This document shows, one piece after another, positions 52,295 through 61,303 of a DNA stretch of 64,000 bases. Below the pieces are notes generated by a model. It was not told the origin of the DNA, did not search any database, and worked only from the letters and a program-made list of their open reading frames with translations. Within the stretch, counting starts at the first letter, position 1. Every line of letters begins with the position of its first letter. The translations under genes and the position numbers were made by a program. Source of the DNA: Gemmatimonadota bacterium (GTDB taxonomy: Bacteria > Gemmatimonadota > Gemmatimonadetes > Gemmatimonadales > GWC2-71-9); contig JBGQLP010000004.1 of NCBI GenBank assembly GCA_041500125.1, forward strand, positions 9,332 through 73,331. Direction: 5' to 3'.

Positions 52295-54454
52295 TTGGCC
52301 ATGATTAACCCACAGAGCAGCATCCCTTACCTGCCTGCCCGAGTCGAGGGACTGGCAGAGATCGCGATGAACTTGTGGTGGAGTTGGAGCCGCGAAGCCC
52401 GCGCTCTCTTCCACTCCATCGACGAGGCCCTCTGGCATCGCACCCGCCACAATCCGCTCGAGCTGCTCTGTCGGGTCGATCCGGCCCGGATCGCCGCCTG
52501 CGCCAGCGACAGCGAGTTCCTCCGCCGTTACGACGAAGTCATGGAACGGATGGCGCAGGAGGGGGACCACGGCAACACCTGGTTTGCCCGCAATTACCCG
52601 AATCTGAACGGCCGGCCGGTGGCGTACTTCTGCGCCGAGTTCGGGCTGCATAACTCGGTACCCATCTACTCCGGCGGTCTGGGCGTGCTGGCCGGCGACC
52701 ACTGCAAGTCGGCCAGCGATCTGGGGGTGCCGATGGTGGGCGTGGGGCTCTTCTATCGTAAGGGCTACTTCGACCAGCGTCTGAGCCTGGAAGGGTGGCA
52801 GGAGGACAGCGACGAGGAGTACGATGTCAGCTCCACTCCTCTGGTGCCGGTCAGCGGACCGAACCGCCAGCCCTGGCTCACCACCGTTCAGACTTCGGGT
52901 CGTCCGGTCCATGTGCGGGCATGGCGCATGATGGTTGGACGGGTACCGATCTACCTGCTCGACACCAATCTGGAAACCAACCACCCGGAAGATCGGGGAC
53001 TGATGAACAAGCTCTATGCCGGCGGGCCCGAGCTCCGCGTCCGCCAGGAGTGGATTCTCGGAGTCGGTGGTGTCCGCGTGCTCCGGGCCATGGACATCAA
53101 TCCCGGGGTGTGGCACGCCAATGAGGGCCACGCGGCCTTCATGCTGGTCGAGCGAGTCCGGGAATTGGTCTCCGGCAGGACGCCGTACCAGGAGGCGCTG
53201 CATCAGGTCCGCCAGCAAAGTGTCTTTACCACCCATACCCCGGTTCCCGCCGGGCATGACGCGTTTCCCGCCGATCAGTTGGAAGCCTGCACCGGGCCGA
53301 TCTGGGAAGAGATGGGCATCGATCGCAAGACGCTCTTCGCCCTGGGCGCGCACCCCTCCCTTCCCGGACAGTTTCACATGACAGTGGTGGCCATGCGGCT
53401 CTCCGGCCGGGTCAACGGGGTTTCCCGCCGGCACGGCCAGGTGAGCCGGAATCTCTGGCGCGATCTCTGGCCTAATCGCCCGTGGGAAACGGTGCCGATC
53501 GGCCACGTGACCAACGGAGTGCACCTGGCAACCTGGATGGCGAGCCCGATCATGGCGCTGCTGGACGAGCACCTGGGTCCGGATTGGGGAGATCGAATGG
53601 AGGAGCCGGGTTTTTGGGATCAGGTGCTCACCTTGAACCACGGCAAGCTCTGGGAGGCGCATCTGCGGCAGAAGCGAGCGCTCGCCAACTTCATCCGGGA
53701 GGACGCGCGGCGCCGCTTTGCCGGACAGCTGAAGGAAGCATCCCAGGTCGTCGGTGCCGGAACTCTGCTCGATCCGATGGCGTTCACCATCGGCTTCGCC
53801 CGCCGGTTCGCCACCTATAAGCGGGCCAACCTGATCTTCCGGGACATCGAGCGGCTGCGTCGCATCCTGGCCGATCCCTGGCGGCCGATTCAGATCATCT
53901 TCGCCGGCAAAGCGCATCCCGCGGACAACCCGGGCAAGGAGGTGCTGCAGAGCGTGTATCAGTTCACCCGGGACCCCACGTTCGAAGGGAGGGTGGCCTT
54001 TCTCGAGGACTACGACATGCACCTGGCCCATCTGCTGGTGCAGGGCGTGGACCTCTGGCTCAACCTACCGAGGGTTCCGCTGGAAGCGTCGGGGACCAGC
54101 GGCATGAAGGCGGCGCTGAACGGCGTCCCCCAGCTGAGCACGCTCGACGGCTGGTGGCAGGAGGGCTACGATGGGCTGAGCGGATGGGCCATCTCACCTG
54201 CGGGGGAAGGCGCGGATGCCGACGCGGCCGACGCGGAAGACTTCTACCGCCTCCTGGAGGAACAGGTCGTTCCGCTCTATTACACCCGGAACGCGCAAGG
54301 AGTGCCGCTGGGCTTCGTAGAGAAGATGCGCCACGCGCTCCGTCTGGCGGGAAGCCGGTTCACCGCGCGGCGGATGATGCGAGAGTACGTACAGGAATAC
54401 TATGCCCCAGCGATGGGCGGGGAGACGTCAGGCGACGACCCACCCACGGCGTGA
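52295..54454 (+). CDS. glgP: Alpha-glucan phosphorylase (GT35, TIGR02094 type)
   Basis: 719 aa. YFCAEFGLHNSVPIYSGGLGVLAGDHCKSASD. PLP-Lys context EASGTSGMKAALNG. Confidence 0.9.
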   Translation: MAMINPQSSIPYLPARVEGLAEIAMNLWWSWSREARALFHSIDEALWHRTRHNPLELLCRVDPARIAACASDSEFLRRYDEVMERMAQEGDHGNTWFARNYPNLNGRPVAYFCAEFGLHNSVPIYSGGLGVLAGDHCKSASDLGVPMVGVGLFYRKGYFDQRLSLEGWQEDSDEEYDVSSTPLVPVSGPNRQPWLTTVQTSGRPVHVRAWRMMVGRVPIYLLDTNLETNHPEDRGLMNKLYAGGPELRVRQEWILGVGGVRVLRAMDINPGVWHANEGHAAFMLVERVRELVSGRTPYQEALHQVRQQSVFTTHTPVPAGHDAFPADQLEACTGPIWEEMGIDRKTLFALGAHPSLPGQFHMTVVAMRLSGRVNGVSRRHGQVSRNLWRDLWPNRPWETVPIGHVTNGVHLATWMASPIMALLDEHLGPDWGDRMEEPGFWDQVLTLNHGKLWEAHLRQKRALANFIREDARRRFAGQLKEASQVVGAGTLLDPMAFTIGFARRFATYKRANLIFRDIERLRRILADPWRPIQIIFAGKAHPADNPGKEVLQSVYQFTRDPTFEGRVAFLEDYDMHLAHLLVQGVDLWLNLPRVPLEASGTSGMKAALNGVPQLSTLDGWWQEGYDGLSGWAISPAGEGADADAADAEDFYRLLEEQVVPLYYTRNAQGVPLGFVEKMRHALRLAGSRFTARRMMREYVQEYYAPAMGGETSGDDPPTA

Positions 54455-54457
54455 AGG

Positions 54458-55978
54458 ATGAGGATGGCAACCCTGCATCAGCCGGCGCGCGAGCCAGCGA
54501 GCTCATCGCCGCCGCTCAGAACCGCCGGAGGCCAACCGGTCTCGGTCGTTCATGTGACCGCGGAGTACTACCCTTACGCCCGGACCGGTGGCCTGGCTGA
54601 AGCGGTGAGCGGTCTCGCCAGGTTCCAGCGGGCTGCCGGGCTCAACGTTGCCGCCATTCTCCCGCTCTACCGTACCGTTCGTGATGTCGACCCCGACCTG
54701 GAGCCGGTCGGACAGCCCTTCATGGTGCCGATGGGATCGCACAATGAAGAGGCCCGGGTCTTTCGGGTGGCCGGTGCCCCCGCCGGGCCGCAGGTCTTCT
54801 TCATCGAGCACCTCGACTACTTCAACCGGCCCGGCATCTACGGCGAGAACGCGGTCGACTATCCCGACAACGCCCGACGGTTCGCCTTCTTTGCGCTGGC
54901 CGCGGCCACTGTGCTCCCCCGTCTGGTCCCTGGCCCGGTCCTGCTCCACGCCCACGACTGGCACACCGCGCTGACACTGGTCTATCTCCGGACGCTGATG
55001 GCGGAGCACTCCAACGGGGTGACCGCGGTCCTCTCGGTTCACAACCCCGGCTATCAAGGCCATTTTCCACCGGACGTGATGACCCAGATCGGATTGCCGT
55101 GGGGGCTCTACAACTGGCGGCAGCTCGAGTGGTACGGGAAGGTGAACTTCCTCAAGGGCGGGCTGGCCTTTGCCGATTTCGTCACCACGGTGAGTCCGAC
55201 CCAGGCCGAGGAGCTGCGCACAGCCGGGGGAGGATTCGGCTTGCACGACGTCTTCATCTGGCTGGCGGACCGGCTGGTCGGCGTGCTGAACGGGATCGAC
55301 CAGAAGACCTGGAATCCCGCCACCGACAACCAGATCACCGCTCAGTATTCGGCGGAGGCTCTCGAAGGAAAGCGACGATGCAAGGCGGCGCTGCAGCGCT
55401 CGTTCGGCCTTCCCCAGCGTCGGAAGGTCCCTCTCTTCGGAATGACCGGACGGATGGTTACCCAGAAGGGATTGGACCTGATCCTCCAGAGCAGCGACCT
55501 GCTGGCCATGGATGCCCAATTCGTGTTTCTGGGCAGCGGCGAACAGAAATACGAGAGCGCCCTGGTCGAGCTGGCTTCGTCCGCTCCGGACCGCTTCGGC
55601 GTGCAGCTGGACTTCACCTACCGCCTGGAGCACCGGCTCATGGCCGGCGCAGACCTTTTTCTCATGCCGTCGCTGTACGAGCCGTGTGGGCTCACCCAGA
55701 TGCGGGCGCAGCGATACGGCTCACCCCCGATCGTGCGCCACGTCGGCGGACTGGCCGATACCGTGGAAGACGCGCTGACCGGTTTTGCCTTCGATCCCTA
55801 CACGCCGGAGGCCTTTCAGGAGGCAACTTTCCGAGCGCTCGATACTTTTCATCATCCCTCGAGGTGGCACACCATCATGCGGCAGGGCATGGCCCGCGAC
55901 TTTAGTTGGGAACGGTCGGTCGCCACTTACCTGGACGTCTACCGCCGGGCCGTAGCCCGGTCGGGCGCAGCCCGGTGA
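54458..55978 (+). CDS. glgA: Glycogen synthase (GT5)
   Basis: VVHVTAEYYPYARTGGLAEAV (KTGGL-type motif) and C-terminal EPCGLTQM. N-terminal roughly 28-aa extension, so the start could be later. Confidence 0.9.
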   Translation: MRMATLHQPAREPASSSPPLRTAGGQPVSVVHVTAEYYPYARTGGLAEAVSGLARFQRAAGLNVAAILPLYRTVRDVDPDLEPVGQPFMVPMGSHNEEARVFRVAGAPAGPQVFFIEHLDYFNRPGIYGENAVDYPDNARRFAFFALAAATVLPRLVPGPVLLHAHDWHTALTLVYLRTLMAEHSNGVTAVLSVHNPGYQGHFPPDVMTQIGLPWGLYNWRQLEWYGKVNFLKGGLAFADFVTTVSPTQAEELRTAGGGFGLHDVFIWLADRLVGVLNGIDQKTWNPATDNQITAQYSAEALEGKRRCKAALQRSFGLPQRRKVPLFGMTGRMVTQKGLDLILQSSDLLAMDAQFVFLGSGEQKYESALVELASSAPDRFGVQLDFTYRLEHRLMAGADLFLMPSLYEPCGLTQMRAQRYGSPPIVRHVGGLADTVEDALTGFAFDPYTPEAFQEATFRALDTFHHPSRWHTIMRQGMARDFSWERSVATYLDVYRRAVARSGAAR

Positions 55979-55989
55979 GCGCGCGCTCG

Positions 55990-57672
55990 ATGGACTTCGT
56001 GTTCACCTTGCACAGTCATTTGCCCTATGTCCTGAACCACGGCCGCTGGCCCCACGGGAGCGACTGGCTCTGCGAAGCGGCGCTCGATACCTACCTGCCG
56101 CTGCTCGAAGTGTTCCGCGGACTGGCATCCGATGCGGTACCGGCGCCAGTGACCATCGGCTTCACCCCAGTGCTCGCCAACCAGCTCACCAATCCGACCT
56201 TCGTCACTGAAATGGAGGCTTTCTTCGATCAACGGATCAAGGCCTGCGATGAGGCGCCGGGCTCGCTCTCTGCCACCGGGGAAAGTCACCTGCTTCCCCT
56301 GGTCGGCTTCTGGCGGGAACGGCTGGTCCGGCTCCGCCGGCTGTTCGACGATATCGATCGAGACTTGATCGGAGCGTTCCGTGCCCTCGAAGCGGCAGGT
56401 CGCATCGAGATCATCGGGTCGGCCGCCACTCACGGCTATCTCCCACTGCTCGCCCGGGATGAGAGCATCCGGCTCCAGCTGGCCGTCGGGGTCTCGGAAC
56501 ACCGCCGCATTTTCGGCCGCTCGCCCAGCGGATGCTGGCTGCCGGAGTGTGCCTACCGCCCGCGCGGCGCCTGGGAACCCTGGCCGACAGCTCCTCGCAC
56601 CGGGATCCGGCGGGGCATCGAGGAACATCTGGCCGATGCGGGGTTCCAGTTCTTCTTCGTCGATGCCCATCTGGCGGCGGCCGGCCGGCCTCTCGGTCTC
56701 TCCGGCGATCCTGCGGGCGATCCCATCGTCCACGCGCCGGCGTCTCCTGGAATTCCCACCGAGCCGCTGCGGTCTCCGTACCGCGCGTACCGAGTCGCCC
56801 ATGGACCCGTGGCCGCCTACGTGCGCGATCCCCGCGCCTCGATGCAGGTCTGGAGCCGCTTCGAGGGCTATCCCGGGGACGCGTGGTATCTCGAATTCCA
56901 TAAGATGCGCTGGCCCGGCGGGCTCAAGTTGTGGCGGGTGAGCGGTCCCGGCGTCGACCTCGGCGACAAACAACCGTACAACCCCGAGGCCGCGGCCGAC
57001 CGGGCCCGAGGCCACGCCGAGCATTTCGCTCATCTGCTGGCGGGAATCTCCGCCGGTCAGTCGCAGAACCGCGAGGGGGTGGTGGTCGCGCCGTTCGATA
57101 CCGAGCTCTTCGGGCATTGGTGGTTCGAGGGTCCGGACTTTCTGGGAGATACCTACCGAGCCCTGAACCAACACCTGCATGCGATTCACCCCACTACCGG
57201 CTCGCGCCACCTGCAACAGCATCCCCCGCGGGCAGCGATCCGGCTGCCCTGGGGATCCTGGGGCGCCAACGGTGACAGCAGCATGTGGCTGAGCGAGCAG
57301 ACGGCGTGGACCTGGGAGCGACTCTGGCCGCTGGAGCAGTCGTTCTGGGATGTCGCGCCCAGCGCCCTCGCCTCTCCAGCTGCCGGCCCGGTGCTGGCTC
57401 AGGCCGCCCGGGAGTTGTTGCTGGCTCAGTCATCGGATTGGCAGTTCATCATCTCTACCGGCGCGGCAGCGGACTATGCTGAGCGGCGGTTTCGGGAGCA
57501 TTGTGCGGACGCCGAGCAGCTGATCGCGGCCCTGAGTCCGGGTCGAGAGCAGGATCTGGAGTCAGCGCAACGGCGCGCGGAGGAGTTGGGACAGCGGGAC
57601 CAGGTCTTCCCCAATGTCCTGCCGGCGATTGCAGCGGCGCTCGGCGGCTCCCGCTCGCTGGTCGTCAGCTGA
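55990..57672 (+). CDS. GH57 family 1,4-alpha-glucan branching enzyme-like protein (DUF1957 type)
   Basis: ORF 55906..57672. ATG 55990 gives MDFVFTLHSHLPYVLNHGRWPHG, a typical GH57 N-terminus. Alternative start GTG 55975 overlaps the glgA stop. Confidence 0.8.
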   Translation: MDFVFTLHSHLPYVLNHGRWPHGSDWLCEAALDTYLPLLEVFRGLASDAVPAPVTIGFTPVLANQLTNPTFVTEMEAFFDQRIKACDEAPGSLSATGESHLLPLVGFWRERLVRLRRLFDDIDRDLIGAFRALEAAGRIEIIGSAATHGYLPLLARDESIRLQLAVGVSEHRRIFGRSPSGCWLPECAYRPRGAWEPWPTAPRTGIRRGIEEHLADAGFQFFFVDAHLAAAGRPLGLSGDPAGDPIVHAPASPGIPTEPLRSPYRAYRVAHGPVAAYVRDPRASMQVWSRFEGYPGDAWYLEFHKMRWPGGLKLWRVSGPGVDLGDKQPYNPEAAADRARGHAEHFAHLLAGISAGQSQNREGVVVAPFDTELFGHWWFEGPDFLGDTYRALNQHLHAIHPTTGSRHLQQHPPRAAIRLPWGSWGANGDSSMWLSEQTAWTWERLWPLEQSFWDVAPSALASPAAGPVLAQAARELLLAQSSDWQFIISTGAAADYAERRFREHCADAEQLIAALSPGREQDLESAQRRAEELGQRDQVFPNVLPAIAAALGGSRSLVVS

Positions 57673-57675
57673 CGC

Positions 57676-59661
57676 ATGGCCCCAATCCGCTTCGTCTTCG
57701 GCGTTCACCTGCACCAACCGGTCGGCAACTTCGACCACGTCTTCGAGCAACACGTCCGCGACGTCTACCGCCCGATCCTCGAACATCTTCCCGAGCGCGG
57801 ATTTTTTCCCATCGTGCTGCACCTCTCGGGGCCGCTGCTCGAGTGGCTGGAGGCGCACGACACCGTCTACCTCGACTGGCTGGGCCGCCTGGTAGCTGAC
57901 CGTCAGGTGGAGCTGCTGCTGGCCGGCTTCTACGAGCCGGTGCTCGCCTCCCTGCCCCGGGCGGATCGGGTGGAGCAAATCCAGTGGATGCGCGAGGCTA
58001 TCCGGGGCCGCTTCGGGGTCGACGCTCAGGGTCTCTGGCTTACCGAGCGGGTCTGGGAACCGGAGCTCGCCGCCGATCTCGCCGATGCCGGAGTTCGCTA
58101 CGCATTGGTGGACGACCGTCACTTCCTGGTATCCGGTTTTGCCGCCGAGCGGCTACACGCCCCCTTCTATACCGAAAGCGACGGCAAGCGGGTGGCGCTC
58201 TTCCCCATCGACGAGCGGCTGCGGTACCTGATCCCGTTCCGTCCACCGGAGGAGACGGCCTCCTACCTGCGCGAGCTCCGGGGCGCGGGCCAGCGACTCG
58301 CCGTTCTGGCCGACGACGGCGAGAAGTTCGGCGGATGGCCGGGCACCAAGGAGTGGGTCTATGAGCGGGGATGGCTGGATCGTTTCGTGGCAACCATGGG
58401 TGAGCTGGTCGAGCGGGAAGAAGTCCAGCTCAGCACCTTGACCGATGCCCTCGACCAGGTACCGAGCGGCGGTCTCGCGTACCTGCCGACGGCATCGTAC
58501 CGCGAAATGGAAGGCTGGTCCCTCCCACCCGACGCGGCGCTCAGGTTGATCCGGCTCGAGCGCGATCTGGGCGAGGCCCGCCTTGCCGGCCCCGATGGAG
58601 CGCTGATCCGCGGGGCTCACTGGCGCAATTTCCTGGTGAAGTACTCCGAGTCCAATCGGATGCACAAGAAGATGCAGGCGCTCTCCCTGATGTGCCGGGC
58701 CGCGGGAGATCCGCCCAGGGCTCGGCGCGCAATTGGCCGGGCGCAATGCAACGACGCCTACTGGCACGGCGTATTCGGAGGGCTGTATCTGCCTCACCTC
58801 CGGGAAGCCATCTGGCGAAACTTGGCCCAGGCCGAGCGGGAGCTGCGCCAAGAGGAGCAACTGAGAGTGGAGGTCGTGGACATCGATGGCGACGGACACG
58901 ATGAGATCTGGGTGCACTCGGACCAGTTCTCTGCCACCGTGAGTCCCCGGCGAGGCGGTGCAGTCGAGGAGTACACCCTCTTTGCTACGGAGACCAACTA
59001 TGCCAACACCCTGACTCGCCGCCGGGAGGCTTATCACGACACCGCGCTCGAAAACCAAGCCGAGGCGACGCGTGACTCGGACTCCGGGATGTCCAGCATT
59101 CACGACATCGAGGAAGGACTCCGGCTGGACCAACGGCCGCCGCTCGACGCAGAGGATCGCGCGCTCTTCCTGGATCGGGTACTGCCGGGCGCACTCCCCC
59201 TCGACTCCTACTCATCCGGAGACTACTGGCCGGTTCGATCCTGGGCCCAGTCGCCCTGCCAGTTCACCATCGAGCGCTCAGCCGACGCGGTCGAGATCCG
59301 CTGTTCCTTCGCGGGTCCCGATGGAAGTCATGAGGCTTTGAGCAAACGGTTCCGGTTCGAAGCCGATGGCGCCCTGACGGTGAGCTATCGTTGGAACCCC
59401 GCCATCGGCCACCCGGACGACCGCTTCGCGCCCGAGCTCTCGCTCTTCGCGCCGCTCGAGCTGCGGACGGAGCCGGACGCAGAGATCTGGACCTTCGCGA
59501 TCGAGACGGTGGCAAAGTCGGAGCGTGGGTTGGATCGCACCAGGCAGGGAGAGTCGGTGACGCTGCGGTGGCCGGTCCACCTGGGAGAGGCAGTGGTGGA
59601 GCTCGGGCCCGCAAGCCGCACGATCGCCGTGCATGCGGAGGCCGGGAAGGCAGCGGACTGA
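57676..59661 (+). CDS. GH57 family alpha-amylase / 4-alpha-glucanotransferase-like protein (DUF1925/DUF1926 type)
   Basis: 661 aa. N-terminus MAPIRFVFGVHLHQPVGNF. EKFGGWPGT and NDAYWHGVFGGLYLPHLR motifs. Confidence 0.8.
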   Translation: MAPIRFVFGVHLHQPVGNFDHVFEQHVRDVYRPILEHLPERGFFPIVLHLSGPLLEWLEAHDTVYLDWLGRLVADRQVELLLAGFYEPVLASLPRADRVEQIQWMREAIRGRFGVDAQGLWLTERVWEPELAADLADAGVRYALVDDRHFLVSGFAAERLHAPFYTESDGKRVALFPIDERLRYLIPFRPPEETASYLRELRGAGQRLAVLADDGEKFGGWPGTKEWVYERGWLDRFVATMGELVEREEVQLSTLTDALDQVPSGGLAYLPTASYREMEGWSLPPDAALRLIRLERDLGEARLAGPDGALIRGAHWRNFLVKYSESNRMHKKMQALSLMCRAAGDPPRARRAIGRAQCNDAYWHGVFGGLYLPHLREAIWRNLAQAERELRQEEQLRVEVVDIDGDGHDEIWVHSDQFSATVSPRRGGAVEEYTLFATETNYANTLTRRREAYHDTALENQAEATRDSDSGMSSIHDIEEGLRLDQRPPLDAEDRALFLDRVLPGALPLDSYSSGDYWPVRSWAQSPCQFTIERSADAVEIRCSFAGPDGSHEALSKRFRFEADGALTVSYRWNPAIGHPDDRFAPELSLFAPLELRTEPDAEIWTFAIETVAKSERGLDRTRQGESVTLRWPVHLGEAVVELGPASRTIAVHAEAGKAAD

Positions 59662-59666
59662 GATCC

Positions 59667-60320
59667 TCAGGCTGAGCGAGGGGCCCGAGCCGGGTCCGGG
59701 GCGCGGCGCCACCCGAGATAGAGGAAAACCACCGCGATGGTCTGCACCAGGTGGTACACCGCGTTGTGGTCGAAGTAGACCGGATGGAGAGTCACCCGCG
59801 CCTGCTGCAGCACCGCCGCCCCGGCGGAGAGGAGTAGACCCGCGAGAATTAACCTCCACCCTACGCTGTGGCTGCGCACCGATTGCCACGCTGAGGCCAG
59901 GAGCAGCAGGATAAGACTCGGGACGTAGAAGCGCACGATGCTGGTGAACGAGTCGTCCAGGAGAATCACAACCACGGCAAAAGCTGCCGCATAGGCGAGC
60001 ACGACCGACCGGCGGAGCCGTGGCGCCAGCTGCGGCAGCAACAGACCGAGACCGAGGTCGAGCATGGTGGCCCCGGCGACCACGATGGAGAGCGCCACCG
60101 GCTTCCACGCAAGCGACCCGGGCAGAGTGGTCGTCCCGGCGGGGAAGAAGGCGTGGAAGACCGCGCCCCAGGCGGCCGCGCTGGCTAGAGCTGCCAACAG
60201 GACCGCGCCGGTTCGCTGCAACCTCCGCCCGGCGGCGTCCCTCCAGAGTCGCCACCCCAAGTAGGCCGCCAGGAGAGCCAGCGCGACGTCGGTACCAGCG
60301 ACATCGGGATCGTGGATCAC
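59667..60320 (-). CDS. Hypothetical integral membrane protein
   Basis: 217 aa, about 6 TMs. Start overlaps the GDPD gene stop (ATGA-type). Confidence 0.55.
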   Translation of the reverse strand: MIHDPDVAGTDVALALLAAYLGWRLWRDAAGRRLQRTGAVLLAALASAAAWGAVFHAFFPAGTTTLPGSLAWKPVALSIVVAGATMLDLGLGLLLPQLAPRLRRSVVLAYAAAFAVVVILLDDSFTSIVRFYVPSLILLLLASAWQSVRSHSVGWRLILAGLLLSAGAAVLQQARVTLHPVYFDHNAVYHLVQTIAVVFLYLGWRRAPDPARAPRSA

Positions 60321-61303
60321 TGATCCCGCAGCTGCTTGGCTAGAATGGGCCGATCCGTGATCACCCCGTAGGGATTCTTCGCCAACGCGCGCCGGATGTC
60401 GCTCTCGTTGTCAGGGGTCCAGATGAAGCTGGGCCAGCCTTTCGCGATGAGCCGGTTGATCACCTTCTCGTCCACCTCGTGGTTGATGCTCAGCATATCG
60501 GGCTTCACGATCTTGCGCAGCGCACGGCGGATGAACTCCTGCCGCAAGATCCAGGGAAGATTCACCAGGTCTCCCTCCTTGATCTCCGCCCGCAGCTGGG
60601 GATTCCAATTGGTATCCATGAAGATGAAAGCCGTGCGTACGAACGGATCGAGGCGCTTCACCCGGTAGAGCACCAACGGGTTGAACGAGCTGAGTACGAC
60701 GCTCAGGTGGGCATCGTATCGCTCGATGATCTCGACCGCTCGCTGCTCGATGCCGGTAGGCGCCAGGCCGGGCACCTTCAGCTCGACCATGAGGGTGCCA
60801 CGTCCCTTCACCGCGCGCACGAAATCCGCGAATGTGTGCACGTTGGCTCCCGTCAGTCCAGCCTGATACTTGGGGCCCAGATCGAGGGCGAGCATCTCCT
60901 TCAGCGTCTTGTCGGCCACCCGTCCGGTGCCTGAAGTCAGCCGGTCGACGCTCAGGTCATGGAAGATGACCAGCTCGCCGTCCTGGGTGAGCTGCCCATC
61001 CAGATCTACTCCATCCATGTCCACGTCCAGCGCGTGCTCGACGGCAAAGAGGCTGTTGTCCGGGCCATGATCGCCGAAGCCGCGATGGGCAAAGATGAGT
61101 GGGTGGGGTGTCGGCACCACCAGGGTGCCGTGATAGGCCGGCTCACACCCGAAGAAGTAGATGGCCACCAGCGCCAGCAACCCGCCGACGGCCCGAACGA
61201 CGTGACGCCGGCGCAGGCGATACCGCGGCGGAGGCGGCTTAGCGCGCCCGGTTACGACCGTAAAGGGCGTAGAACTGGTTGCTGAAGGTTTCATCGGGGT
61301 CAT
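60317..61303 (-). CDS. Glycerophosphodiester phosphodiesterase family protein, membrane anchored
   Basis: LIFAHRGFGDHGPDNSLFAVEHAL...DGVDLDGQLTQDGELVIFHD. ORF 60317..61420 trimmed to ATG 61303 (alternative 61294). Either start overlaps the 3' end of the upstream gene by about 60 nt. N-terminal TM (VGGLLALVAIYFF). Confidence 0.75.
   Translation of the reverse strand: MTPMKPSATSSTPFTVVTGRAKPPPPRYRLRRRHVVRAVGGLLALVAIYFFGCEPAYHGTLVVPTPHPLIFAHRGFGDHGPDNSLFAVEHALDVDMDGVDLDGQLTQDGELVIFHDLSVDRLTSGTGRVADKTLKEMLALDLGPKYQAGLTGANVHTFADFVRAVKGRGTLMVELKVPGLAPTGIEQRAVEIIERYDAHLSVVLSSFNPLVLYRVKRLDPFVRTAFIFMDTNWNPQLRAEIKEGDLVNLPWILRQEFIRRALRKIVKPDMLSINHEVDEKVINRLIAKGWPSFIWTPDNESDIRRALAKNPYGVITDRPILAKQLRDQ

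Noticed and set aside
52292-54031. 579-aa minus-strand ORF
   Set aside because: Antisense to glgP, which has clear GT35 motifs including the PLP lysine. The composition is typical of GC-rich shadow frames.
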